Origin: an uncultured virus (IMG/VR IMGVR_UViG_2821954623_000003)
Taxonomy: Duplodnaviria; Heunggongvirae; Uroviricota; Caudoviricetes
Length of the DNA: 64,000 bases
Reading direction: 5' to 3' (one strand)
Virus record (IMG/VR): IMGVR_UViG_2821954623_000003
Shown: positions 10,092 through 19,462 of the stretch, piece by piece
How the letters are laid out: every line of letters starts with the position of its first letter
How positions within the stretch are numbered: position 1 is the first letter of the stretch
Notes under the pieces: generated by a model
What the model saw: the letters and a program-made list of their open reading frames with translations, nothing else
Told to the model about the DNA's origin: nothing
Database searches by the model: none
Program-made: the position numbers and the translations under genes

Positions 10092-10919
10092 TTACTTGAT
10101 TACGCCACCAGAAACTCCGGACATTGCCATAATATCAATTATTTTATCTGATATAGTGGCTTCTTTTCCGCCTCCGTAGTAGGCATTTAATGCATCAATA
10201 AACCAATATGCGTCGGCTGTTACAGAACTACCACCAGATTTCATTGACTCAATAACTGTTTGAACATATATAAATTTATCATCAAATGATAATTTAGCCC
10301 AATCTCTACCAGTCGCATTCTTAATTTTTTCTACTTCTTCATTAGTTGATGAAGAAGTGCCAGTTGAAGGTGGTGTAGTACTGGTTTCAGTTTTGACAGG
10401 TTTAACAGGTATTCCATCTTTAGCGCTTGCATCGTAAATGATATTACTTTCAGTATAACTTTTATCTTTATCATCTAAGTGCAGCTGATCTCCAATTGAG
10501 TAAGAATAATATGTGTAATATTCGTGTTTCTCTGTTTGTAATACAACACTAAACACTTCGCATGCAACGCCTTGTCCACAATATAAATTTCCCGCACCAT
10601 CTTTGCCTTGCGGTTTTCCGCCTTGTTTTTCAATGATTTTACCTATGGATACCAAGTATTTATATTGTTCCTTAGGTTGTAAGTTATCAAATGAATCGTT
10701 AAGGGAAGCTACGATGTCATAAGAATAATATGGATTTTCAGCATTTGGATCTGTATTTTCTAATTCTTTATACATTACGGATTTTAGATGATTTTTAATT
10801 TCTTTATCCTTTGATATTTCGGAGACGATACTATCCAAATTTTTAGTAGTATGTTCTGGTCCGCCACAACCTGATAAAACTAACATTGCAGTGATAATAG
10901 TTAAAATGATTCTTTTCAT
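10092..10919 (-). CDS. Lipoprotein, two domains joined by a Thr/Ser linker
   Basis: Lipobox LSGC; GAGG RBS before ATG 10919. Confidence 0.8.
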   Translation of the reverse strand: MKRIILTIITAMLVLSGCGGPEHTTKNLDSIVSEISKDKEIKNHLKSVMYKELENTDPNAENPYYSYDIVASLNDSFDNLQPKEQYKYLVSIGKIIEKQGGKPQGKDGAGNLYCGQGVACEVFSVVLQTEKHEYYTYYSYSIGDQLHLDDKDKSYTESNIIYDASAKDGIPVKPVKTETSTTPPSTGTSSSTNEEVEKIKNATGRDWAKLSFDDKFIYVQTVIESMKSGGSSVTADAYWFIDALNAYYGGGKEATISDKIIDIMAMSGVSGGVIK

Positions 10920-11009
10920 AGTTGTCCTCAATTCTTATTGTTTTAATGGATGCCATTTGCAATATGTAAAATTTCTCATCTCATAGTAGCAAACGATTCA
11001 TTTCTATAT

Positions 11010-11026
11010 TGTCATATTGTGTCGAA
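11010..11026 (+). promoter_or_regulatory. Tandem Spo0A-box-like site, copy 3
   Basis: TGTCATA 11010-11016 and TGTCGAA 11020-11026. Confidence 0.6.
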
Positions 11027-11117
11027 TGAAAATAAAAAAAGACACCCTAAGGTGCCTTCCGCCGACTTGAACCACTTTAATTTTAATAATATGTATTGGA
11101 CTCCCATCCATATTTTC

Positions 11118-11741
11118 TTATTTTATGTTGTGCTTATCCTTTTGTACTTTACTCATAAATTGTGCAACGAATTTTAATTCATTAGGGTTAAGATTTTCTA
11201 ATTGTTCTTGTTGCTCATTTGTTTTTAAACGCACTTTTATAATTCTATTAAATGCTTCTTGCCCTATTTCATCGAGTGATGAGTAAAGTTTAGGTAAGTA
11301 TTTTAATTGCTTAGGTGTAAGCTTGCCATCTTTTTTTATAGATTGATCGGTAATACCTTGGTGAAACTTATTAGGATATTTAGATAAATAATCATCTAAT
11401 GATTTGTATAGGATATTTTTCCAATAGTCGTTTTTATCTTCTGTTAGTCGTTTTTTATTTACAAGATTTCCATGTATATCATAAAATTCTGTTTTGAAGT
11501 CATCTGTGAATTTCCCTATACAATCTGAACCTACAACCATTGTATTGTTGTTTAGTTGATTTTTAATTGTGTATTCATAACGGATTTCTTCATGATCACA
11601 TAGTTCGCATTTTGCATTGCAATCCTCATTGTCTTCTAACCCTATATACACCCATTCTTTGCGTGCTTTTTGGAAATCCTTTTTTTCCTCACTCATTTCT
11701 AATAAATTTTTTCTCGCTCGTTTTTTCCAATCGTTCTCCAT
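11118..11741 (-). CDS. Zn-binding cytoplasmic protein
   Basis: CELCDH...VGSDC motif; start moved to MENDW. Confidence 0.65.
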   Translation of the reverse strand: MENDWKKRARKNLLEMSEEKKDFQKARKEWVYIGLEDNEDCNAKCELCDHEEIRYEYTIKNQLNNNTMVVGSDCIGKFTDDFKTEFYDIHGNLVNKKRLTEDKNDYWKNILYKSLDDYLSKYPNKFHQGITDQSIKKDGKLTPKQLKYLPKLYSSLDEIGQEAFNRIIKVRLKTNEQQEQLENLNPNELKFVAQFMSKVQKDKHNIK

Positions 11742-12446
11742 TATTTTTCTCTCATTCCTTTCTATTAAATTAATATGATATTTTTCCGTGGATTTGTATT
11801 TCAAAGAGACAAATAAAAAAGACCACCCGTAAGCTCGTAAAAGCATGGGTGGTCTCCTAAAATCAGAAAATAGTATTTAGTTGTGACCACTCACCTTGCG
11901 GTAGCAGTTGTTCAAAGAGACGTTCCAATATCTCTTCTTTTATAATATGTACGTACAAAAAATATCAAAATATCAAAATATCATTAAATAAATTATAGCA
12001 AAGGTTTTAAAAAAAGAAAAGACACCCAAAGGTGCCTTTTACAGACTTGAACTATCTTAATTATAATAATATTTATTGTATCACGCTGGTTTATAGCGAT
12101 TATTGAAAGATACAATTCAAATCTATAATTTTTGTAATTTACTTCAGTTGCTGTCTTTCTTTGTTCGGCTTCCATTTGATGTTCATTTGCTATATGCCCA
12201 GTTGCAAAGCTAATCTTGATTAATGAATACAATGCAACTCCATTAATTATTAAAGATAGATTAGGTCATACAATAACATTAAGCACTTATTCACATTTAT
12301 ACTCAAATGTGAATTTTGAAATTGCTAATAATATGACTGAATCAATTAAATACACAACCGTTAAAAAAGAAAACAAAACTTAAAGGTAATTAAAAGAATC
12401 TGTGAATATTTAATTTCTGAAAATATATGCAGGATCTTTTGAAGTT

Positions 12447-14276
12447 TTATCCAATACTCACGGGTTCTTTTGAAAATCCATGTAATGCATTAGGCAATAT
12501 TAAATCGTTAGAGATTCCTGCCAATGCACGTAGCTTATTAAACATTGTAGCAAAATCTTTAATAAATTCTTTTACGTGCTTTTCATTAACCGGATCTTTT
12601 AACCAATATTTATATACTTCTATTAAGAAAAATTTAAATTCTTTAAATAACTCTTTATATTTTTCTCTCCTAATACCACTAATAGACCTGCCTGCATCCT
12701 CAAGTTCTTTAATATGTTTTTCAATTTTATCTCGCTCTTTTATTACATATTCTATTACGAAGTTTTTTTGATATGCATTTTGTATAATCATAGGCTGCAT
12801 CCAAAAATCATTATATTCTTCACATTGTAAAAGTAAATCTAAATAATTAAACAATAGCGCCTCAGGATTTTTACTACCTGGAAGAGTTATAATTTTTTTT
12901 GGCCAATCATTGTTCATATCACCATCTAAAATACAAAAAGCATTTACTAAGTTATTTACTAAATATGTATCACTAAACATATTTTTCAAATTATTCGAAC
13001 CTATATTCATATCTACAAAATGCAAATAAGAACTAGCACGCTCAAATAAATTATTATCTCTGTCCAAGAATTTTATATAATCTAAAGTAACTTGTATTAA
13101 AAGTCGAGCTTCCTCATCTTCAGTAAATACTGCAATTTTTTTTGAATAATCATCTTGATTTCGCTTTTGTTTTAAATAGTTTCGAATAAGAGAAATATCT
13201 AAATTTCTCCCATTAGGATTCTTTAGTTTCTCTACATTGTGAAGTAAATCTATTAAATATACTACGTTTTGTTTATAGTCTAAAGCAACTTCTAATAAGT
13301 CAATACTGTGTGTTGTGCCAATAACTTGCATCTTATATTTTTTTGAGTACTCTAAAAGTAAAGTATACAACTTTGCTTGATAAAAAGGATGTAAAGTAGC
13401 ATCGAGTTCATCAATTAATAATATACTTTCTACTTCCTTTTCACTTTTATCCAAGGTTTCATAATAATATCTTAACGATACTAAAGCTGTAATAATAATA
13501 TACAGGTTATCTTCTCCTGCCGAAATAGTATTAGAATCTACACCTTCTTTTTCAGTAGTAAATTCGGCTCTAATTTTTTGCTTAACTATTGAGGTGAATT
13601 TTTCGGAGTTATTAATCTTTACATTGGTGAAATCTTCATAAATCTCATTTATACAATTTATATGATTATCAGGAAGCTTTTTACTTAAAGATTTCAACAA
13701 CGGTGTTGAATTATTTCGAATGATTAAATCATTCAATGCTTCTCTATGTTCTTCTTTTAGGCTAGACATTATTTCCTCTGGTATCGATAATTCTGAAAGG
13801 TCTTCTATTTCACCATAAGTGAGAAGGCGACTAAGTCCTAAATAAATTACAGGCATTTCGGGTAAGTGCTCACCTTTTCCTTTTGGATAATAAGGCTTAA
13901 GAGAATATCTAAAATTAGGATTTCCTTTTCCAGAAATATGCTTTCTGAAATTTATATTGTAATGATCATAATAAGTTACATTTAAAATATCCCCAGTTAT
14001 ATCTTTAGCGGGGTCATTATTTGTCTTATCTCCCTTAGTTAAATTCTCTACTTTAGGATTAAATTTATTATTAAGCTGTTGAATTATTTGTATGCATCTT
14101 TTCAGATCAGTACTTTTAGTAGATTGAACTACTTTTTGATAACTGTTACTTACTAAATAAAGCAGTGAGGATTTACAAGTCCCATTCCCTCCAGATATTA
14201 AATTTACATTTGGCGAGAATTCAATATCAAAGTTCGATAACTTTCTATATTTAACAATATCCATCTTTTTAACCAT
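12447..14276 (-). CDS. OLD-like ABC-ATPase with C-terminal TOPRIM-like domain
   Basis: Walker A GGNGTCKS, signature ISAGE, Walker B LLIDELD, H-loop TTHS, TOPRIM-like FTED and ILDGD. Confidence 0.75.
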   Translation of the reverse strand: MVKKMDIVKYRKLSNFDIEFSPNVNLISGGNGTCKSSLLYLVSNSYQKVVQSTKSTDLKRCIQIIQQLNNKFNPKVENLTKGDKTNNDPAKDITGDILNVTYYDHYNINFRKHISGKGNPNFRYSLKPYYPKGKGEHLPEMPVIYLGLSRLLTYGEIEDLSELSIPEEIMSSLKEEHREALNDLIIRNNSTPLLKSLSKKLPDNHINCINEIYEDFTNVKINNSEKFTSIVKQKIRAEFTTEKEGVDSNTISAGEDNLYIIITALVSLRYYYETLDKSEKEVESILLIDELDATLHPFYQAKLYTLLLEYSKKYKMQVIGTTHSIDLLEVALDYKQNVVYLIDLLHNVEKLKNPNGRNLDISLIRNYLKQKRNQDDYSKKIAVFTEDEEARLLIQVTLDYIKFLDRDNNLFERASSYLHFVDMNIGSNNLKNMFSDTYLVNNLVNAFCILDGDMNNDWPKKIITLPGSKNPEALLFNYLDLLLQCEEYNDFWMQPMIIQNAYQKNFVIEYVIKERDKIEKHIKELEDAGRSISGIRREKYKELFKEFKFFLIEVYKYWLKDPVNEKHVKEFIKDFATMFNKLRALAGISNDLILPNALHGFSKEPVSIG

Positions 14277-14416
14277 ACTGTATACTCCATTCTTTCCTTA
14301 TTAACATTTCTATACAATTTTACACTATTTAATTAGCTGGCCAATCATAAATTTATATGATAATATGAATAAAATATTAAAAATCGTAAAATTTATTTAT
14401 AAAGTGGTGATATATT

Positions 14417-15442
14417 ATGAACGAAAAGGATTTTAAGAAAATAATCCAATCTAAGTTAAATATTCAATTAGAGAACTACATTTTAAATTTCTCTTCTCCT
14501 CAAAATCCTTTGAATATAGAAAAAATTTCCAGAGAGGTAATTAAACAAAGTCACATAAACCCTAACACAGCAATTGAAAAGATATTCTATGAAAAACTTT
14601 CAACTGAAGAATATAAAGCTTACAAAAGTCATTATAATATAAAAAACAAGCTATCCCCTTTAAGATACCCCGGTGCTAAAAGTAAGGTGTTAAATAGATA
14701 CACTAAATATTTTAAAACCCAACATAGTGAATATAGAGAACCTTTTGTGGGAGGAGCTTCAATTTTTTTAGGTAAACACCCAGTTGACATTAATGTCTTA
14801 AATGATAAAGATTATAATGTCTATGCTTTTTTATACGCTGTTAAAAATTATCCAGATTTACTATGCCAAAGGGTAAAAGAAACAAAACCGACCATTAATT
14901 TATGGTTGGAAAAAAAAGCAGCTAACTTAAATGATAAAGGTATATTAGAAACTGCATTCGATTTCTTCTTTTTTAACAGGACTAATTATTCTGGAATTTA
15001 TAGTGCTAACCCTTTAGGGGGATTAACGCAAAAATCTAAATATAAGATAGACTGTCGATGGAATAATGAGAGATTATGCAAGCAAATTACAGAAATGAGT
15101 AATAAGCTGAAAAATGTAGAATTATTAAATACTGACTTCGAAGAAATAATTTCAAGGGAAGGTAAAGACGTTCTACTAATTATTGATCCCCCTTACTATC
15201 ATAAAGGTAATAGCTTATATTCTACAAAAATGTCTCATAACGATCATTTGAGATTGGCTGAACTACTCAAAAACACTCAACATAAATACGTGCTTACTAT
15301 TGATGAATGTCCTGAAACAAGAGAAATTTATATGAATGAAAATACATATATTAATCAAGAAACTTGGAAATACACCGTTCACTCTAAGAAATCTGATAAC
15401 AATGGTAAAGAACTTTTTATTTCAAACTTCCCAGTAAATTAA
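14417..15442 (+). CDS. Dam-type (D12 class) N6-adenine DNA methyltransferase
   Basis: SPLRYPGAK, YREPFVGGAS and DPPY motifs. Confidence 0.9.
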   Translation: MNEKDFKKIIQSKLNIQLENYILNFSSPQNPLNIEKISREVIKQSHINPNTAIEKIFYEKLSTEEYKAYKSHYNIKNKLSPLRYPGAKSKVLNRYTKYFKTQHSEYREPFVGGASIFLGKHPVDINVLNDKDYNVYAFLYAVKNYPDLLCQRVKETKPTINLWLEKKAANLNDKGILETAFDFFFFNRTNYSGIYSANPLGGLTQKSKYKIDCRWNNERLCKQITEMSNKLKNVELLNTDFEEIISREGKDVLLIIDPPYYHKGNSLYSTKMSHNDHLRLAELLKNTQHKYVLTIDECPETREIYMNENTYINQETWKYTVHSKKSDNNGKELFISNFPVN

Positions 15443-15476
15443 GTATTATTTGTATCATTAAAGGTATCAATATAAA

Positions 15477-15519
15477 TAAAAGCTTGACGAGCCTACTATT
15501 ATAGGCCCGTCAAGCTTTT
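15477..15519. terminator. Bidirectional terminator
   Basis: AAAAGCTTGACG...CGTCAAGCTTTT between convergent genes. Confidence 0.7.
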
Positions 15520-15589
15520 ACTTTAGTGATGCAACAAATATTACAAATGAAATAGCTGATGTAATGAATAGCTTTCTAGTTTTTGTTTG

Positions 15590-16258
15590 TTACAATTGGT
15601 TTTTGGCATCTTTTAAGTAATCATTGAAAGGATCGTCACATCCTAATCTACGATAAAAATCTTCGGCTAAGTTATAAGCTGTTATAAGAGCCCATTTAGA
15701 ACTACCAAAACCTAAGCATTTGTTAGGAAAGTATGAAGGGACATTCGAGAATAATGGATTTGGATCGAATTTCCCACCATATTTTATTTCCAGTTCTTCT
15801 GTGTTTCCTTCATATTCAACCCACTCCGGTTTGTAATGAACTAAATTATTTCTTAACTCAACCAACAGCTTTGCATCTTGATAGGGATTAGTTTCTTCAT
15901 CGAATATATTTTGTCCTGATTTTTCTAGAACAGTCTTATATTTACGTAAGATAGAGTGACGTTCATTATTCTTAATAGGCTCCCACCAGCTAAGAACATT
16001 GTTTTTTTGCTCAGAAGTAAGGGCTAGTTTTGAATTATGTGTAAAATCTTTTATATGGTAATTAAGGCATTCATTAATTGTGGCTTCCATAAAATTAGCA
16101 GCAGATGTAATAGCCCCAATAGCATAGTTTCTGCTGTCTGTTCTTTTCTCATAACTTTCTTCCGTGTCTGAATTCTCAAGCTTTTTTCCTTGCAAAGCGA
16201 GGTCTACACCCAAAATAAAGTGTGCTTCTCCTAAAAAAGATATAATTTTATTTGTCAT
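15590..16258 (-). CDS. HEPN-like domain protein (putative RNase)
   Basis: RNNLVH (RX4H) motif plus upstream conserved E (FMEATINE), all-helical. Confidence 0.6.
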   Translation of the reverse strand: MTNKIISFLGEAHFILGVDLALQGKKLENSDTEESYEKRTDSRNYAIGAITSAANFMEATINECLNYHIKDFTHNSKLALTSEQKNNVLSWWEPIKNNERHSILRKYKTVLEKSGQNIFDEETNPYQDAKLLVELRNNLVHYKPEWVEYEGNTEELEIKYGGKFDPNPLFSNVPSYFPNKCLGFGSSKWALITAYNLAEDFYRRLGCDDPFNDYLKDAKNQL

Positions 16259-16937
16259 ATGTCTGTTTTCGCCCCTCTTGAATTAATTTATTCATTTTAT
16301 TTAATTATATCATTTTTCTGATTTTAATAGTGCGAATTTATAAATGTTTTATTTGGAAGAGCGTGTTTATATTTCCCCTGACGTAGCTTCTGGATTTGTA
16401 GAGGTAGTAAAAGTAGTACTTGAGAAATTCAAAGTAAATGCAATGGCTACCTATTCGAATTTGTATCAATATGTATGGGTGATATTGTATATTGTTAAGT
16501 AGTAAAAAAAGAGAGCTGTAGCTCTTCTGGTTAATACGATAAAATATGTATGTGGGCACCTCATACAGAAAGATGCACTATTGCATATCCTTATCCGGAA
16601 GCGCGAGAAACATTGATATAAAGCTATCTTCAAACTTTCTCAACATTTTTCTGATAACCACACGACTGAATTTTGGCAAAAATATGATATTATGAAAATA
16701 ATAAAATAAACGGAACGAAAAAAAGACTCACAGCGTGTGTAAGTAGTGTTCGCACCACTCTTACACCGTTCGCCCGACTCACCAGGGGAACATCTGCCAT
16801 AAGTCTCTTTTCGGTCACTTCATGAGTAACAATTACATTATAACATGCCGATATTACTAAAGCATTACTGTGGTATGAATTTCCTGTTTATAATTTGAGG
16901 AAAATAGCGAAGCGTCTTTGTTCCAAAAGGAGCAAAT

Positions 16938-18167
16938 TTGATGGATCAGACACTTATACAAAAAAAAGAAGAGTTAAAAAGAAAAGAATTAATGAAATTC
17001 TTAAGTAGCATTATCGATGAAATTGATTTTCAAAGAAGGAATCAAGAAGACATCGCAAAAGAATTAGGTATTTCAGGAGGGGCACTCTCGAAAAACTTAT
17101 CAGGTAAAAGTCAATTTAATTTTTGGAATATGATTAAGCTGCTTAATATCTTGTACGATGACAATGTTTTAAAGAAAAAAGAGATGATGCATAAGTTTTG
17201 CTCGGTTACAAAGAGCAAACAAAATTTGAGAATTGCAATGGAATATGCAAATTTAAAAGGTGACTTAGAATTATTAAAATTAATTGTAGAAATAGAAAAA
17301 ACGTCCTCGTTGGCGATGAATAGAGAATGGGCTTATGTATACGAATTGGTATGGATGCGAAGTAAAGGTGTCGTTAGTGGTAAAAATTTATTAGAGAAAT
17401 TAGAAGATCGTAAGAAAAGTAAGGTAATTAAGACACAAGAAATGAAGGTTTTATACGGAATACTAACTTTTTATACGATGTATGATTTAGAGAAATTCAA
17501 TTCATTGTTCGAATACGCTGAAGTATTACTGCCTAAAGTCGAAGAAATTCAAGATGCTTTTATTAGAACAGCATTTGCGGGAAGAATTAAAGAAGGCTTA
17601 TCTTACGCCTATTTAATGCAAGATAATGTTGATAGATCAAGGGAATTGTGTCATGAAATTATGCATTTAAAAGATGATAAAAATTGTTTTTCTCTTTTAA
17701 GGGTGTCAGCTTTGGTATACCTTGCAGAATCTTATACTTTCGAAAGTTATGAAAGAGCTTCTTGGTACATCAATAAATCGTTAGAAATGTTAGGTGCATG
17801 CCATTTTGAGAGAGCGATTAAAAGAAAAGAAAATGTTATGAATACTTTAGCTTTTATTAAGCTTGTCTATAATAAAGGACTGGAGGAAATCGAAATATAT
17901 AACGTATGTGAAGAAGCTTTTTATCAAGTGTTAATCGGTCGTTCTGATGTGGCGGTGAAACTTTTAAAGGAAATTGAAAGAAAAGATGAGAAGTTGAGTC
18001 CTATGAAAAAATGCATATTAGGATATGCGTTGAAAGACATTGATTTATTAAAAGAATCATTAGTGGATTTCGAGTGTGCAGGTAATAGGTTTTATAGCAA
18101 ATTACCTAGAAAAATGTTGGTAGAATTTAATAAAATTGGTATAATATATAAGGGTGATGCTAAATGA
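16938..18167 (+). CDS. aimR: Arbitrium receptor (HTH + TPR, RRNPP family)
   Basis: N-terminal XRE HTH, LRIAMEYA...REWAYVY TPR pattern, followed by a secreted peptide gene. Confidence 0.85.
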   Translation: MMDQTLIQKKEELKRKELMKFLSSIIDEIDFQRRNQEDIAKELGISGGALSKNLSGKSQFNFWNMIKLLNILYDDNVLKKKEMMHKFCSVTKSKQNLRIAMEYANLKGDLELLKLIVEIEKTSSLAMNREWAYVYELVWMRSKGVVSGKNLLEKLEDRKKSKVIKTQEMKVLYGILTFYTMYDLEKFNSLFEYAEVLLPKVEEIQDAFIRTAFAGRIKEGLSYAYLMQDNVDRSRELCHEIMHLKDDKNCFSLLRVSALVYLAESYTFESYERASWYINKSLEMLGACHFERAIKRKENVMNTLAFIKLVYNKGLEEIEIYNVCEEAFYQVLIGRSDVAVKLLKEIERKDEKLSPMKKCILGYALKDIDLLKESLVDFECAGNRFYSKLPRKMLVEFNKIGIIYKGDAK

Positions 18168-18322
18168 AAAAAGTGTTAGCTATATTAGCAACAGTTGCCG
18201 TAGTCGGAGTACTATACATAACTCCTGCTAAAGAGCAGAAAGAACAGTCAGCGCAAACAGCAAAGGTTGTTCAGGAAAATACGTATAGAATGATGGTTGA
18301 TCCTGGAGGTGGAATGGGCTAA
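18164..18322 (+). CDS. aimP: Arbitrium pro-peptide (52 aa, not in the ORF track)
   Basis: MKKVLAILATVAVVGVLYITPAKEQKEQSAQTAKVVQENTYRMMVDPGGGMG; ATGA overlap with aimR; signal-like N-terminus. Confidence 0.85.
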   Translation: MKKVLAILATVAVVGVLYITPAKEQKEQSAQTAKVVQENTYRMMVDPGGGMG

Positions 18323-18490
18323 TATCCCGTTCCCAAAGGTTACGATATAAATATTATGAATGCGATTGTCTCAATAGAGGCAATCGCATTCGCTGTTTCT
18401 AGAGATATTTCCTAAATATCGGATTTAATATTCAAGAAAAAATTGTGAAATATTCACAATTCACTATAAAGCTATTGGAGGATGTCGGGG

Positions 18491-18622
18491 ATGACAAGAG
18501 ATGAGGTTTTAAAGGGATTTTTATTGCAAGCTGCTGAATTATCTAATAACGATGAGCAAACAATTGATTTATATATTGAAATGTTGTTTAATACAGAACA
18601 AAAAAATAGCCACGCCTCGTAA
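18491..18622 (+). CDS. aimX-position small ORF (43 aa)
   Basis: MTRDEVLKGFLLQAAELSNNDEQTIDLYIEMLFNTEQKNSHAS; GGAGG upstream; lies between aimP and the repressor. Confidence 0.55.
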   Translation: MTRDEVLKGFLLQAAELSNNDEQTIDLYIEMLFNTEQKNSHAS

Positions 18623-18631
18623 TGGGATTGG

Positions 18632-18988
18632 CTATTTTTCCGGCTGGTTATTTAATTTTTCGAACTCTGCCATTAAATTCTCTGCTTGTTTCATAATCAT
18701 TTCACGTTGGGATTCAGGGAGGTTAGCTAATCGCTCTTTCATCGCCCTGAATTTTACGTCTAACATTTCGTTTAGTTTTTCTTCTGCACTTCGCCCTAAC
18801 AAGAAATCTGTAGTTACATTAAATACTTCTGCGATTTTTGCAGTTACTTCTCTTGAAGGTTGCTTCTTTCCAGATTCGACTTTCGAAATGAAAGATTCAC
18901 TAACATCTACTTTTTCTCCTAATTCTTTCTGAGACCATTTTCTCTCTTTCCTTAGTTCTTTTATCCTAATGGATAGTATAGGTAACAT
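18632..18988 (-). CDS. XRE-family phage repressor (cI-like)
   Basis: HTH_3 motif; divergent from a cro-like gene. Confidence 0.85.
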   Translation of the reverse strand: MLPILSIRIKELRKERKWSQKELGEKVDVSESFISKVESGKKQPSREVTAKIAEVFNVTTDFLLGRSAEEKLNEMLDVKFRAMKERLANLPESQREMIMKQAENLMAEFEKLNNQPEK

Positions 18989-19074
18989 GATTTTATTCCC
19001 CTTTAATTACTGTTTTATATGAAATTTTAATGGTTTTGTTTTACATTGACTATAGTATATATTCTACATAAGAC

Positions 19075-19414
19075 TTGACCACTAGTCCATTTCTTGTTTT
19101 GAAAAATAAATTTTTAAACAAATAATTGACCTAAGGTCAAGTTAGGTGTACAATGAAAATGTAATCGAGAGGTGAAGCCGATGAAAATAAAAGGGAGTTA
19201 CATAAAAGAACTTCGTATGAGTAAAAAACTTACACAAAAACAACTCGCTGAACTATCACAAATCAGTGAGAGCATGGTTTCGAAGATAGAATTAGGTGTT
19301 AAATCAACTAAGATTGAGACATTAAAAAAAATAGCCAATGCTTTATCAACAACAATGGATGACTTAGTAGGATGAGGTCATTTTTAAAACAACACTAACT
19401 TGACCTTAGGTCAT
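19075..19414. promoter_or_regulatory. Repressor operators TTGACC-N3-GGTCAA
   Basis: Perfect palindrome at 19126-19140; variants at 19075-19089 and 19400-19414. Confidence 0.7.
19181..19375 (+). CDS. Cro-like XRE regulator
   Basis: Short HTH protein, GAGGTG RBS. Confidence 0.8.
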   Translation: MKIKGSYIKELRMSKKLTQKQLAELSQISESMVSKIELGVKSTKIETLKKIANALSTTMDDLVG

Positions 19415-19462
19415 ATTAATCAAGGTTAACTTGACCATTAAATAATAAAGGTGGCGGTTTAA

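Larger units (their letters stand above)
1341..12080 (-). repeat. Nine co-oriented dispersed repeats with core AAAGACACCCTAAGGTGCCTTCC..CGACTTGAACCA, at about 1341, 3551, 4023, 4578, 5408, 5673, 9953, 11030 and 12008
   Basis: Direct visual alignment; the core is a minus-strand intrinsic terminator; long copies also carry a -10 element and a 5' hairpin. Confidence 0.9.

Noticed and set aside
1341..12080. CRISPR array
   Set aside because: Spacing is irregular (0.25-4.3 kb), the intervening DNA holds whole genes, repeats are degenerate, and there are no cas genes
11993..12232. 79-aa ORF
   Set aside because: No RBS and it runs through repeat copy 9; at most a gene remnant
18552..18932. Plus-strand 126-aa ORF and similar antisense ORFs in the track
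   Set aside because: Shadow frames opposite well-supported genes, with no RBS or motifs
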